Positions 48,572-58,218 of a stretch of 64,000 nucleotides of DNA are shown here, one piece after another; positions within the stretch are counted from its first letter, which is position 1; every line of letters begins with the position of its first letter. A model generated the notes under the pieces. The model had not been told where the DNA came from. It saw only the letters and a program-made list of their open reading frames with translations, and ran no database searches. The stretch spans positions 1,535 to 65,534 of the forward strand of contig DASXLB010000029.1 in assembly GCA_036496585.1 (NCBI GenBank). The letters run 5' to 3'. Source of the stretch: Vicinamibacterales bacterium. Its GTDB lineage: Bacteria > Acidobacteriota > Vicinamibacteria > Vicinamibacterales > 2-12-FULL-66-21. Both the position numbers and the translations under genes were made by a program.

Positions 48572-50456
48572 ACTGTGTCGGACGCTGATCCTGCTGCTGC
48601 CACTGGCGGCGGGATGTGCCTCAGCCAATAATCTGCACCTCGGGCGCCAGGCCGAGCAGACGCAGGACTACGACCGCGCGGTCGTCGAGTACACCAAGGC
48701 GGTGCGGGCGAGCCCGGACAACGGCGAAGCGCGCGCCTCGCTCGAACGGGTAAAGCAGCGGGCCGCCCAGGAGCACGCCAACCGCGCCCGACGGCTGGCT
48801 GGCCTCGAGCGCTGGGAGGAGGCGGTGGTGGAGTATCAGCTCGCCGCCGAGCTCAACCCGACCGATTCGCGCGTCGACGATGCGCTGCGCGACGCGCGGC
48901 AGAAGCTGCGCGCCAAAGTCAGCGTGACGCGCGGCGGCAAGACCGAACTCGAGAACCTGATCGATCGCACCCGTGACCTGCCGGCGCCCGGCCTCGACCT
49001 GCCGCAGGACGTCAAGCTCCCAGGATCGCTCGTGTTCGGCAACGGCGCGACGGCGCGCGCGGTGTTCCTGGCCGTCGGCCGCTTCGCCAACATGAGCGTC
49101 ATCTTCGACCCGACGTTCCGCGATCAGCCGCTCAGCATCGATCTGCGCAACTCGACGCTCTCCGACGCGCTCGGCTCGCTGACCACCAGCACGCACACCT
49201 TCTACCGCGTCACCGCGCAGCGCACCGTCACCATCATCCCCGACACGCCGGCCAAGCGGCGCGAGTACGAGGAGTCGGTGATCCGCACGATCTACCTGAG
49301 CAACGCCGACGTCAAGGAGGCGATCGATCTGCTGCGTGTCGTCGTCGACATCCGCCAGATCTCGCCGGTCAGCGGCACCAACTCGATTTCCATCAAGGAC
49401 ACGCCCGAGCGGGTCGCCGCGGCCGTCAAGCTGATCGAGGCGATCGACAAGGCGCGGCCGGAGGTCATCATCGACGTCGAGCTGCTCGAAGTCGATCGGA
49501 CGAAGCTCAAGGAGTACGGACTCCAGGTCGCGTCGCCAGGATCCGACGGCATCAGCGGATCCGCCGACATCAACCGCACGGGTTTCACTCTGGCGGACCT
49601 GCAGAACCTGACCGCCGCCGACGTGTTCCTGTCGGGCATTCCCGGCCTCTACTACCGCCTGCTCAAGAACGACACCAATACGCGCGCGCTGGCCAACCCC
49701 CAGCTCCGAGCCATCGAGGGAGTCGCGGCCACGGCGCGGTTCGGCGATCGCGTGCCGGTGCCGATCACGACGTTCGCGCCAATCGCCGCCGGCGGCGTCA
49801 ACACCCAGCCGATCGTGTCGTACGCCTACGAGAACATCGGCGTCAACATCGACATCACCCCGCGTATGCACCATGACGACGAGGTATCGCTGGCGCTGAA
49901 GGTGTCGGTCTCGAACATCTCCGGCACCGGCTACGCGGGACTCCCGACGTTCGGCAACCGCGAGATCTCGACGACGATCCGGCTGAAGGACGGAGAAACC
50001 AACATGCTGGCGGGGCTGATCCGGGACGACGAGCGAACGGTGCTCGCCGGCGTGCCCGGGTTGTCGGACCTGCCGCTCATCGGGCATCTCTTCGCCAACA
50101 ACCACAAGGAAGCGCAGCAGACCGACATCATCCTGACGCTGACCCCTCACATCGTCCGGGTCCTGGACCTCTCGGAGACGGATCTGCGCCCGTTCCGCCT
50201 CGGGCACGAGTCGCAGATGACGGCGGGCGACGCGGTCGGCGGCGGCGCGCCGCGCGACGACCTGGAGGTGCAGTCCCCGGCAATCCCCGGCCCGCGGACA
50301 CCTCTACCGGCCGCGGCACCGCCCCCTGCGCCGCCCGAGACGGCTCCGGCCCAGCCACCGTTCCCACAGCCACTGCAGGGGCCGCTCCCCGGTATTCCGC
50401 AACCGGTGTCGACCCCCCCCGCGCCCAAAAAGCCGGGAGGCGGAAGCTCGTATTAA
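48546..50456 (+). CDS. Lipobox-bearing secretin with an N-terminal TPR region, N0/N1-like domains, a secretin core and a proline-rich C-terminal tail
   Basis: ATG 48546 follows AAGGG; GTG 48540 is an alternative. The signal and lipobox are 'LILLLPLAAGCAS'. A TPR-like stretch is 'DYDRAVVEYTKAVRASPDNGEA...WEEAVVEYQLAAELNPTD'. The secretin core is 'NPQLRAIEGVAATARFGDRVPV...AGVPGLSDLPLIGHLF....EAQQTDIILTLTPHIV'. The gene overlaps the lolA 3' end. Confidence 0.85.
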   Translation: MSSRQATAELCRTLILLLPLAAGCASANNLHLGRQAEQTQDYDRAVVEYTKAVRASPDNGEARASLERVKQRAAQEHANRARRLAGLERWEEAVVEYQLAAELNPTDSRVDDALRDARQKLRAKVSVTRGGKTELENLIDRTRDLPAPGLDLPQDVKLPGSLVFGNGATARAVFLAVGRFANMSVIFDPTFRDQPLSIDLRNSTLSDALGSLTTSTHTFYRVTAQRTVTIIPDTPAKRREYEESVIRTIYLSNADVKEAIDLLRVVVDIRQISPVSGTNSISIKDTPERVAAAVKLIEAIDKARPEVIIDVELLEVDRTKLKEYGLQVASPGSDGISGSADINRTGFTLADLQNLTAADVFLSGIPGLYYRLLKNDTNTRALANPQLRAIEGVAATARFGDRVPVPITTFAPIAAGGVNTQPIVSYAYENIGVNIDITPRMHHDDEVSLALKVSVSNISGTGYAGLPTFGNREISTTIRLKDGETNMLAGLIRDDERTVLAGVPGLSDLPLIGHLFANNHKEAQQTDIILTLTPHIVRVLDLSETDLRPFRLGHESQMTAGDAVGGGAPRDDLEVQSPAIPGPRTPLPAAAPPPAPPETAPAQPPFPQPLQGPLPGIPQPVSTPPAPKKPGGGSSY

Positions 50457-50540
50457 TCGGCAGCGGGCCGGGCCAGTTCGCGCTCAGCATTCCAACGGTC
50501 GATCTCGCCTGCGCGAGGCCAGTTGCTGACTGGCTGACTG

Positions 50541-51800
50541 CTAACCGCCCACTCTCTCCACTTGCGCCCCGAGGCTCCGCAGTCGCTCAATCAACGAGGC
50601 GTATCCCCGTTCAACCGTCTCGAGCGGCGTGATCTGGCTCTCTCCTTCGGCGGCGAGCGCCGCGGCGATGAGCGCCATTCCCGATCGCAGGTCGCGGCTG
50701 TCGAGCGCGCGCCCGCGGAGCTTCGCCGGCCCGCTCACGATGATGCGGTGGGGATCGCACAGGAAAAGGTCGGCGCGCATCGCGCTCATCTGCTCGAGCG
50801 CGAACAGGCGCAGTTCGTACAGCCAGTCGTGCACGAGCGTTCGGCCCTCCGCCTGGGTCGCCAGCACCGTCACCAGGCTGACGAGGTCGCTCGGAAACCC
50901 CGGCCACACGCCGGTCGTGATGCGGCGAACCGCGACGAGCGACGACGGCGCGACCCGCAGGGTGTCGTCTCGATACGAGCAGTCGAGGCCCATCCGCAGC
51001 AGCGGCGCCGAGATGACTTCGAGATCCTGCGAGCGCGCCCCGGTGACCTCGATGTGGCCGTTGGTGATCGCGGCGACGACGCCCCAGCTTCCCGCTTCGA
51101 TATAGTCGCCCCACAGCCGCTGTGAGGCGCCGCGCAGGCGCGCCGGCGGCTCGACGCGGATGGTTGACGTCCCTCCCCCTTCGATCCCGGCACCCATCGC
51201 CGCGAGGAACCGGCACAACTCGACGACGTGCGGCTCCATGGCGGCATGCCGGATCTCTGAGGGGCCTTTCGCGGCGACCGCGGCCAGGAGCGCCGTCTCT
51301 GTGCCGGTCACCGACGCTTCGTCGAGATAAAAAGACGCTCCGGTCAGGCCATCGGGGCACTCGATCGCGTGGCCCGGCTCATCGAGCGGGCGGGCGCCCA
51401 GCGCGATCAGCGCGGCGAGGTGGGTGGAGATCGTCCGGCGCGTCGGAAAATCGCCGCCCGGAGGGGCGAGCCGCGCCGCCCCGCGCCGCGCGAGTAGCGG
51501 CCCGAGGAGGAGCACCGAGCCGCGCAGCCGCCCGACCAGCGTAGGGTCGGGCCGGTCGCCGGTCACCTGCGCGCAAGTGATTCGCAGCGTGTTGGTGCCG
51601 CGTCCCTCGACCTGCGCGCCGAGCGACGCCATGAGGTCGAGCAGGACATCGACATCACGAATGCGCGGCACGTTCGAGAGCTCGCACGTCTGCTCGGTCA
51701 GCATGCAGGCGGCGATCAGCGGCAGCGCCGAGTTCTTGTTGCCTTCGACCGCGACACGTCCCGACAACGCCCGCCCGCCGATGACTTTCAGACTAGCCAT
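50541..51800 (-). CDS. murA: UDP-N-acetylglucosamine 1-carboxyvinyltransferase
   Basis: 419 aa. Motif 'VEGNKNSALPLIAACML', plus overall MurA-like length and pattern. Confidence 0.93.
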   Translation of the reverse strand: MASLKVIGGRALSGRVAVEGNKNSALPLIAACMLTEQTCELSNVPRIRDVDVLLDLMASLGAQVEGRGTNTLRITCAQVTGDRPDPTLVGRLRGSVLLLGPLLARRGAARLAPPGGDFPTRRTISTHLAALIALGARPLDEPGHAIECPDGLTGASFYLDEASVTGTETALLAAVAAKGPSEIRHAAMEPHVVELCRFLAAMGAGIEGGGTSTIRVEPPARLRGASQRLWGDYIEAGSWGVVAAITNGHIEVTGARSQDLEVISAPLLRMGLDCSYRDDTLRVAPSSLVAVRRITTGVWPGFPSDLVSLVTVLATQAEGRTLVHDWLYELRLFALEQMSAMRADLFLCDPHRIIVSGPAKLRGRALDSRDLRSGMALIAAALAAEGESQITPLETVERGYASLIERLRSLGAQVERVGG

Positions 51801-51858
51801 TCACCACCCTCCGCCCCAGCGCCAAGCTCAACTCCTCGACCTCCACGCTCCACCCTCC

Positions 51859-52797
51859 TCAGAATTCTCCCAGATAAACGATCTCGTCTCTGAGTTCGAC
51901 ACCGAATCTCGCGCGAACGCCGTCGCGACAGCGCTCGATGAGCCGCCGGATCGCGGCGGCGGTCGCGTTCCCTTCGTTGACGATGAAATTGGCATGCGTC
52001 TGCGAGACCTGCGCCCCATCGTGGCGAGCCCCCTTCAGTCCCGCCCGATCGACGAGCGCTCCGGCTGACGGCGGCACGCCGTCCGGCACGCAGTCCACGG
52101 CGGGATCCGGGTTCTGGAAAATGCACCCTGCGCTCGCCGCCTCGAGCGGCTGCGTTCGCTTGCGATAGGCAAGCGATTCCCGCGCCACCAGCCGTAGCGC
52201 GGCGGGATCGCCAGCGCCCACGCGGAAATCGGCGGATAGCACGACCTCGCGGGTCCGCTGCAGCCGGCTGCGGTCGTAGCCGAATTCCATCGCCGCAGTC
52301 GACAGCCGAATCACCTGGCCCTCGGCCGCGAGCAGCTCGACGCCGTCGACAAGATCGCCGATGAGGCGCCCCCTGAAGTGTGCGTTGCCGTAGATCGCGC
52401 CCCCGACCGTGCCCGGCGTGCCGGCCCAGGCTTCCAGTCCGGCCACGCCCCGGTTGATCGTCCATCGCACGAGCCCGTTGATCGTCAGCCCGGCATCCGC
52501 GCGGACCAGCCCGTCACCGATCGTGTTGGCTTCCCCGCCGTGCACACGAATGACGAGGCCGCGGACCCCGGCATCGGCGATGAGCACGTTCGAGCCACCG
52601 CCGAGGATCGTGAACGGCGCGCCGGCGGCTCTCGCCGCCTCGATTCCAGCACGCACCTCACGCGCATCGCGCGCCAGCAGCAGCCAGTCGGCTGGACCGC
52701 CGACTTTGAACGTGGAGAACGGCGCCAGCGGTGCGTTCTGCCGCAGGCGTTCGGCCGGCACCCCGGCGATCGCCGGCGGGCGGCCATCGAAGCTCAC
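51859..52797 (-). CDS. murB: UDP-N-acetylenolpyruvoylglucosamine reductase
   Basis: 312 aa. Motifs 'FKVGGPADWL', 'ILGGGSNVLI', 'GTPGTVGGAIYGNA' and 'SAGCIFQNP'. Confidence 0.9.
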   Translation of the reverse strand: MSFDGRPPAIAGVPAERLRQNAPLAPFSTFKVGGPADWLLLARDAREVRAGIEAARAAGAPFTILGGGSNVLIADAGVRGLVIRVHGGEANTIGDGLVRADAGLTINGLVRWTINRGVAGLEAWAGTPGTVGGAIYGNAHFRGRLIGDLVDGVELLAAEGQVIRLSTAAMEFGYDRSRLQRTREVVLSADFRVGAGDPAALRLVARESLAYRKRTQPLEAASAGCIFQNPDPAVDCVPDGVPPSAGALVDRAGLKGARHDGAQVSQTHANFIVNEGNATAAAIRRLIERCRDGVRARFGVELRDEIVYLGEF

Positions 52798-52821
52798 GGC
52801 GTCAATCGTGTCACAGGCACG

Positions 52822-55218
52822 CTAGTCCGCGCGCAGGGCCTGCGTCGGCTCAGTCGCCATCGCCCGCCGAGCCGGCAGGTAACAGGCGAGCGCTGCGACT
52901 GCAGCGAGCACCGCTGTCACGGCGACGAACGTCAGCGGATCGGCCGCGCCGATGCCGTAGAGCCAGCTGCGGATGGCCCGCGCCGCAACGAACGAACCCG
53001 CCAGGCCGAGCGCGATCCCGACCGCCGTCAGGCGCAGCCCGTCGCGCATGACCAGCCGCAGAATCGACGCCGGTGTCGCGCCGAGCGCGATACGGACGCC
53101 GATCTCGCGGGTCCGGCGGCTGACGACGTAGGACATTACGCCGTAGAGACCGCCGACGGCCAGGGCCAGCGCCACCGCGGCAAAGACGCCGAGGCCGACC
53201 ATCTCGAAGCGGTCCATCGAGAACGACGTCGAGATCAGCGAGTTCATCGCACGCACCCGCATCGCCGGCAGCGCCGGATCGACGGCCGCCAGTTCGTGTT
53301 CGATCGTGGCGGCGGCAGCCGGTGCGGCCAGCGGCGTTCGAACCACCAGCGACATGGCCGACCACGGCAGCTGTCGATACGGCACGTAGAACTCGGGCGC
53401 GAGCGGTTCGCGAAGACTGCCATGCTTGACGTTGCCGACGATGCCGACGATCTCCGTCCAACGCGTCCCGCCGCCGATGCGGAAGCGCTTTCCGATCGGA
53501 TCGGCGTTCGGCCAGTACTTGCGCGCCATGATCTCGTTGATCACCGCGACCAGCGGCGCCTCGGCGGTATCGCGTTCGTTGAAGCCACGTCCGCTACGGA
53601 GCGGCTGGCCCAGGACGTCGAAATACGACGGACTGACGACGCGAAAGCCGGCAACAGGGGTGTCGCTGCCGGCCGGCGTCTCCAGATCAAAGCTGCGGGT
53701 GCTGTTGCCGCTGACGAACGGCAGGCGGCCGGCCAGTGCCGCCGACGACACGCCTGGCGCCGACCCGACCCGTTCGAGCAGCCGGTCGAAGAATTGCGCC
53801 TGCCGCGCCGGCGTACCGTAGCGCTCGGCCGGGAGGGCGATGCGTGTCGTGACGAGGCCCGCCGACGTGAACCCGGGGTCGACGTGACGAAGCGACACGA
53901 AACTACGCAGCAACAGCCCGGCACCGACGAGCAGAACCACGGAGGCGGCGCATTCGGCGACGATCAACGCCTGGCGGACGCGTTCGCCCGAGCCGCCGGT
54001 CGTGCGGCCGACCGAGCGCAGCGTCGACGCAACCGCTCCGCGCGCAGCCTGGAGGGCCGGCACGCACCCGAAGATCGTCCCCGTCACGACCGAGACGCCA
54101 AGCGCGAACAGCACGACCGTCCTGTTCATCGCGGTGTTCACCCCCTGCACGTCTTCGGGCGACATCGCGAGCAGCACCGGCAGGATCCACCAGGCGGTCA
54201 ACACGCCGAGCCCGCCTCCCAGCACGGCCAGCACCACGCTCTCGGTCAGCAGCTGACGCGCGATCCGGCCGCGTCCGGCGCCGAGCGCCGTCCGGATGCC
54301 GATTTCCTGCGCGCGTCCGCTCGCCCTCGCGAGCATCAGATTCGCGATGTTCGCACACGCAATCAGCAGCACGAGACCGGCGACGGCAAGCAGCACCATC
54401 AAGGCCGGCGTGATGTCGCCGACCAGCCATTCGCGGAGCGGCACCAGCACGAGGTCGACGTCGTCCTGCGTCACGTCGTTCGGGTATTGCTGCAGGAGAC
54501 GCGTGAAGATCGCCCGCTGTTCGCGCTGCGCCGCGCCCAGCGTGACGCCGGGTTTGAGTCGGCCGTAGGCGCCAAGATAGTGGCCGCCGCGGTTCTGTGT
54601 CTGATCGACGGTCGGCGCCAGCGGGTACTCGGGAACCACGTGCCGCGGTGCAACCCAGAGCTCGGCGGCGCCCGGCGGAAACAGAAACGCCGCCGGCATC
54701 ACGCCGACGACCACGTGCGCCGCGCCGTTCAGCACGATCGAGCGGCCAACGATACCCGCGTCGGCGCCGAACCGCCGGCGCCAGGTCGCGTTGGACAAGA
54801 CGACCGGCCGCTGCCCGCTGTCGTCGTCGGCGGGCACGAGCGTCCGCCCGAGCGCCGGCGCCACGCCCATCACGTCGAAGAAGCTGCCGGTGACGATCGC
54901 GCCGGTCAGCCGCTCCGGTCGATCGCCGCCACTGAGATCGAAGTCCGCTTCGCGGAGCGTCGCGAGCGCAGTGAAGCTCGCCGCCTGGTTACGCCAGTCG
55001 AGAAACGTCCCCGGCGCGAGGTCGGCGGCCGTGACGATGCGATCCGCCGACGGATACGGCAGCGGCTTCAGGAGAGCGGCGTCGACCACCGCGAACACCG
55101 CCGTGTTGGCACCGACGCCGAGCGCCACGGTCAGCAGGACGACCGCAGTGAAGGCCGGAGACCTGCGCAGCACCCGGAGGGCATAGCCCAGATCCTGTCC
55201 GAGCGATTCGATCGTCAT
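52822..55218 (-). CDS. ADOP-type duplicated MacB/FtsX-family ABC transporter permease (no cognate ATPase adjacent)
   Basis: The N-terminus 'LGQDLGYALRVLRRSPAFTAVVLLTVALGVGANTAVFAVVDAALLKPLPYP' is typical of the family. There are two FtsX-like 4-TM halves. ATG 55218 forms an ATGA overlap with the pxpC stop. Confidence 0.85.
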   Translation of the reverse strand: MTIESLGQDLGYALRVLRRSPAFTAVVLLTVALGVGANTAVFAVVDAALLKPLPYPSADRIVTAADLAPGTFLDWRNQAASFTALATLREADFDLSGGDRPERLTGAIVTGSFFDVMGVAPALGRTLVPADDDSGQRPVVLSNATWRRRFGADAGIVGRSIVLNGAAHVVVGVMPAAFLFPPGAAELWVAPRHVVPEYPLAPTVDQTQNRGGHYLGAYGRLKPGVTLGAAQREQRAIFTRLLQQYPNDVTQDDVDLVLVPLREWLVGDITPALMVLLAVAGLVLLIACANIANLMLARASGRAQEIGIRTALGAGRGRIARQLLTESVVLAVLGGGLGVLTAWWILPVLLAMSPEDVQGVNTAMNRTVVLFALGVSVVTGTIFGCVPALQAARGAVASTLRSVGRTTGGSGERVRQALIVAECAASVVLLVGAGLLLRSFVSLRHVDPGFTSAGLVTTRIALPAERYGTPARQAQFFDRLLERVGSAPGVSSAALAGRLPFVSGNSTRSFDLETPAGSDTPVAGFRVVSPSYFDVLGQPLRSGRGFNERDTAEAPLVAVINEIMARKYWPNADPIGKRFRIGGGTRWTEIVGIVGNVKHGSLREPLAPEFYVPYRQLPWSAMSLVVRTPLAAPAAAATIEHELAAVDPALPAMRVRAMNSLISTSFSMDRFEMVGLGVFAAVALALAVGGLYGVMSYVVSRRTREIGVRIALGATPASILRLVMRDGLRLTAVGIALGLAGSFVAARAIRSWLYGIGAADPLTFVAVTAVLAAVAALACYLPARRAMATEPTQALRAD

Positions 55219-56141
55219 GCGCCGAGCGTATCGCGAAACCACTTCTCCCTGGCGCGAAGCGCCGCGATTGCCTCGTCTCTGCTACATGGGACGAACTGGA
55301 GCCAGTCGCCAGGCGCGAGCTGGCCGGCGATCGGCAAATCGGCACTGATGACGTTGGCGATGGTCGGATAGCCGCCCGTGGTCGCGCACTCGGCCATGAG
55401 CAGAATCGGCTGCCCCGACGGGGGTACCTGAATCGCGCCGACCGGCATCCCCTCTGAGAGGATTTCGCCGGCGCCGGCGTGCACCAATGGCGGCCCCTTG
55501 AGCCGGTAGCCCATGCGGTTGGACTGCGGCGTCACGGTGAACCGAGACTGGATCAGCAGATCCCAGGCGGCGCCGACGAAGCGATCGCGATGCACGGCAG
55601 GAAGGATCCGAATCACATTGCTGAAGGAAGCGCACGAAGGAGGCGAAGGACGCGAAGGTGGCGAAGGACGCGAGGGAGCGGCGACCGGGAGGATGTCGTC
55701 GGCCTTCAGCGCGCGGCCTCCGAAAGGGCCCATGCCGCTGGCCAGGTGAGTGGCGCGGCTGCCGAGAGTCAGGGGGACGTCGAAGCCACCGCGGACGGCC
55801 AGGGTCATGCGCGCGCCGCGGCGGCGGGCACCGAAGCGGATGCGCGAGCCTTGCGGCACGTCGAACGGGCGGTTTCTTTCGACCGGCACACCATCGACGG
55901 TCACGTCGATGTCGGCCCCCGCGACCGCGCACGTCACGCTGCCGCCGGCGACGAGTTCCGGACCGAGCAGCGTAATCTCCAGCGCTGCCGCCATCGGATC
56001 GTTGCCGAGAACGGCATTGGCGAGACGGTGTGAGCAGACGTCCATCGGCCCCGACACCGGCACGCCGACGTTCTGGTAGCCGCGGCGTCCAAGGTCCTGG
56101 ACGCTCGTCAGCATCCCGGGCTTGATCACCGTGAGGTTCAC
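55215..56141 (-). CDS. pxpC: 5-oxoprolinase subunit C / KipA (allophanate hydrolase subunit 2) family protein
   Basis: GTG 56141 forms a GTGA overlap with the pxpB stop. Motifs: 'VIKPGMLTSVQDLGRRGYQNVGVPVSGPMD' and 'TTGGYPTIANVISADL'. It contains an internal 'PSRPSPPSRPSPPS' low-complexity insert. Confidence 0.85.
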   Translation of the reverse strand: MNLTVIKPGMLTSVQDLGRRGYQNVGVPVSGPMDVCSHRLANAVLGNDPMAAALEITLLGPELVAGGSVTCAVAGADIDVTVDGVPVERNRPFDVPQGSRIRFGARRRGARMTLAVRGGFDVPLTLGSRATHLASGMGPFGGRALKADDILPVAAPSRPSPPSRPSPPSCASFSNVIRILPAVHRDRFVGAAWDLLIQSRFTVTPQSNRMGYRLKGPPLVHAGAGEILSEGMPVGAIQVPPSGQPILLMAECATTGGYPTIANVISADLPIAGQLAPGDWLQFVPCSRDEAIAALRAREKWFRDTLGA

Positions 56142-56824
56142 GCATCTCCCCACTGGCTGGCGGCGCGGTACTCCTCGGCGGAAAGCCGGTGGAAGCGGAC
56201 GCGGTCGCCGGCATGCAGGAGAAACGGCGCCGGCCGCGACGGATCGTAGGGACGAATCGGGCAGCGGCCGATCAGATGCCATCCGCCAGGCGTCGGCGCC
56301 GGATAGATGCCCGTTTGCCCCGCCGCAATCGCCACCGAACCCGCAGGAACCTTCAGGCGCGGCGATGCGCGGCGCGGCGCGGCAATGCGGGGATCGACGC
56401 GCGCCATGTACGCGAACCCGGGCACGAACCCGACGACGAACACGCGGTACTCCCGCGCCAGGTGCAGCGCGATCACCTCCTCCACCGACGCACCGGCGAA
56501 TGCCGCGACGTCTGCCAGGTCCGGCCCGTAGGGATCGTCGTAGCAGACCGGCACGTCGATCTGCCGGCTGGCGGTTGCGCCCTGGGTTCCAGGATCGGCG
56601 GCGATCCGTTCGAGCGCCGCCGGCACAGCGCCGGCGCCATCGGCGAGCGGATCCACGTAGACCATCACCGAGCGGTAGCCGACGACAACGTCGGTGACAG
56701 GCAGCGGCGCGTGCTCGATCGCCCGCGCGATCGCGATCGCCCGGCCGTTGACCTCTGGATCGATCCGCTCGGGCAACTCGACGAGCCACGCGGCATCGCC
56801 GGCCGGGAGGACGCGCGTCGTCAT
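56138..56824 (-). CDS. pxpB: 5-oxoprolinase subunit B / KipI (allophanate hydrolase subunit 1) family protein
   Basis: 228 aa. Motifs 'VLPAGDAAWLVEL', 'VVGYRSVMVYVDP' and 'GFVPGFAYM'. Confidence 0.85.
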   Translation of the reverse strand: MTTRVLPAGDAAWLVELPERIDPEVNGRAIAIARAIEHAPLPVTDVVVGYRSVMVYVDPLADGAGAVPAALERIAADPGTQGATASRQIDVPVCYDDPYGPDLADVAAFAGASVEEVIALHLAREYRVFVVGFVPGFAYMARVDPRIAAPRRASPRLKVPAGSVAIAAGQTGIYPAPTPGGWHLIGRCPIRPYDPSRPAPFLLHAGDRVRFHRLSAEEYRAASQWGDA

Positions 56825-58218
56825 CCGCGCGCGGCCAGCGCCGCGAGCAACTTCCCGTGGATGCCCTCGAAGCCGCCGTTCGACATTACGATGACGAGAT
56901 CGCCGTCGGCGGCCTCATCCGCGACGACGCCGACGATGTCGTCCACGTTCGGAATGTAGCGCGCAGACTTCCCTGCCGCATTGAGATCGGCCACCACCTG
57001 CTCGGCCGAGAGACGCTGATCCTCAGGCAGTGTCGAACGGAACACGGCCGGAAGCAGCACGCGATCGGCGGCCCCGAATGCTCGGGCGAAATCGGCCTGG
57101 AAGATGCGCCGGCACGAAGTGGCCGAACGCGGCTCGAAAATCGCCCAGATGCGGCGATCGGGATAGGCGGCGCGCACGCCGGCCAGCGTCTCCGCGATGG
57201 CGGTGGGATGGTGAGCAAAGTCGTCGTAGACCGCCACGCCCGAGGCCACGCCGCGCAGCTGCATCCGGCGGCGGACGCCCTTGAACGCGCGCAATCCCGC
57301 TCCGAGCGTCTCGAGGTCGATCCCGACCGCAGCGCCAGCCGCGATCGCCGCGACGGCGTTGCGCACGTTGTGCATGCCGAGCAGCGGCACTTCGAAGCGA
57401 CCGACCGCCGCACCGTTCCGCCGCAGTCCGAACGTGGTGTTGCCCGTGCCGGCGTGCAGGTCGTGCGCCTGCCAGTCGAGGCCGTCCGAGACGCCGAAGG
57501 TTTCGACGCGGCAGCGCGCGCCGGCGGCCAGCGCCCGGGCTTCCGGATCATCGCCGCCGAGCAGCAGCAGCCCCCGTCTCGGCACGAGGTTCACCAGGCG
57601 CCGGAACGCGATCCGAATCGCCTCGAGATCAGGATAGATGTCGGCATGGTCGTACTCGATGTTATTGACGACGGCGATGTCGGGGAGGTACTTGAGGAAT
57701 TTCGCCGTCTTGTCGAAGAAGGCGCTGTCGTATTCATCCCCTTCGATGACGAAGTCACGGCCGCCCCCGACACGATAGCTGCCGCCGAAGTTCTCGGCGA
57801 TGCCGCCGACGAGGACGCTGGGATCGGCGCCGCCATGGGTCAGCAGCCAGCCCGCGAGCGACGTCGTCGTCGTCTTGCCATGGGTGCCGGCAATCACGAT
57901 CGAGCGCGCCCCCCAGAGAAAGTGATCGCGGACGGCCTCGGGCAGCGAACAGAAGCGGATTTTTCGGTCGAGCACCTCCTCGAGCTCCGGGTTGCCGCGG
58001 GAAATCGCGTTGCCGACGACGACGAGATCGAGATCGCCGGTGATGTGCTCGGGCTTGAAACCCTGCAGCGTGGTGATCTGCTGCTCCGCGAGGAATTCGC
58101 TCATCGGCGGATAGACGTTCTGATCGCTGCCGCGCACTTCGTAGCCGCGCGATTTCAGCATCGCCGCCAGCGTCGCCATCGCGGTCCCGCAGACGCCAAT
58201 CAGATGCACCTTTGTCAT
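56821..58218 (-). CDS. mpl: UDP-N-acetylmuramate:L-alanyl-gamma-D-glutamyl-meso-diaminopimelate ligase
   Basis: 465 aa. 'HLIGVCGTAMATLAAMLKSRGYEVRGSDQNVYPPMSEFL' is the typical Mpl N-terminus. The Mur ligase P-loop is 'IAGTHGKTTTTS'. Confidence 0.9.
   Translation of the reverse strand: MTKVHLIGVCGTAMATLAAMLKSRGYEVRGSDQNVYPPMSEFLAEQQITTLQGFKPEHITGDLDLVVVGNAISRGNPELEEVLDRKIRFCSLPEAVRDHFLWGARSIVIAGTHGKTTTTSLAGWLLTHGGADPSVLVGGIAENFGGSYRVGGGRDFVIEGDEYDSAFFDKTAKFLKYLPDIAVVNNIEYDHADIYPDLEAIRIAFRRLVNLVPRRGLLLLGGDDPEARALAAGARCRVETFGVSDGLDWQAHDLHAGTGNTTFGLRRNGAAVGRFEVPLLGMHNVRNAVAAIAAGAAVGIDLETLGAGLRAFKGVRRRMQLRGVASGVAVYDDFAHHPTAIAETLAGVRAAYPDRRIWAIFEPRSATSCRRIFQADFARAFGAADRVLLPAVFRSTLPEDQRLSAEQVVADLNAAGKSARYIPNVDDIVGVVADEAADGDLVIVMSNGGFEGIHGKLLAALAARG

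Noticed and set aside
52378-55371. 997-aa plus-strand ORF
   Set aside because: It is antisense to murB, the ADOP permease and pxpC. Its composition is R/D/G/A-dominated and no domain is recognisable.
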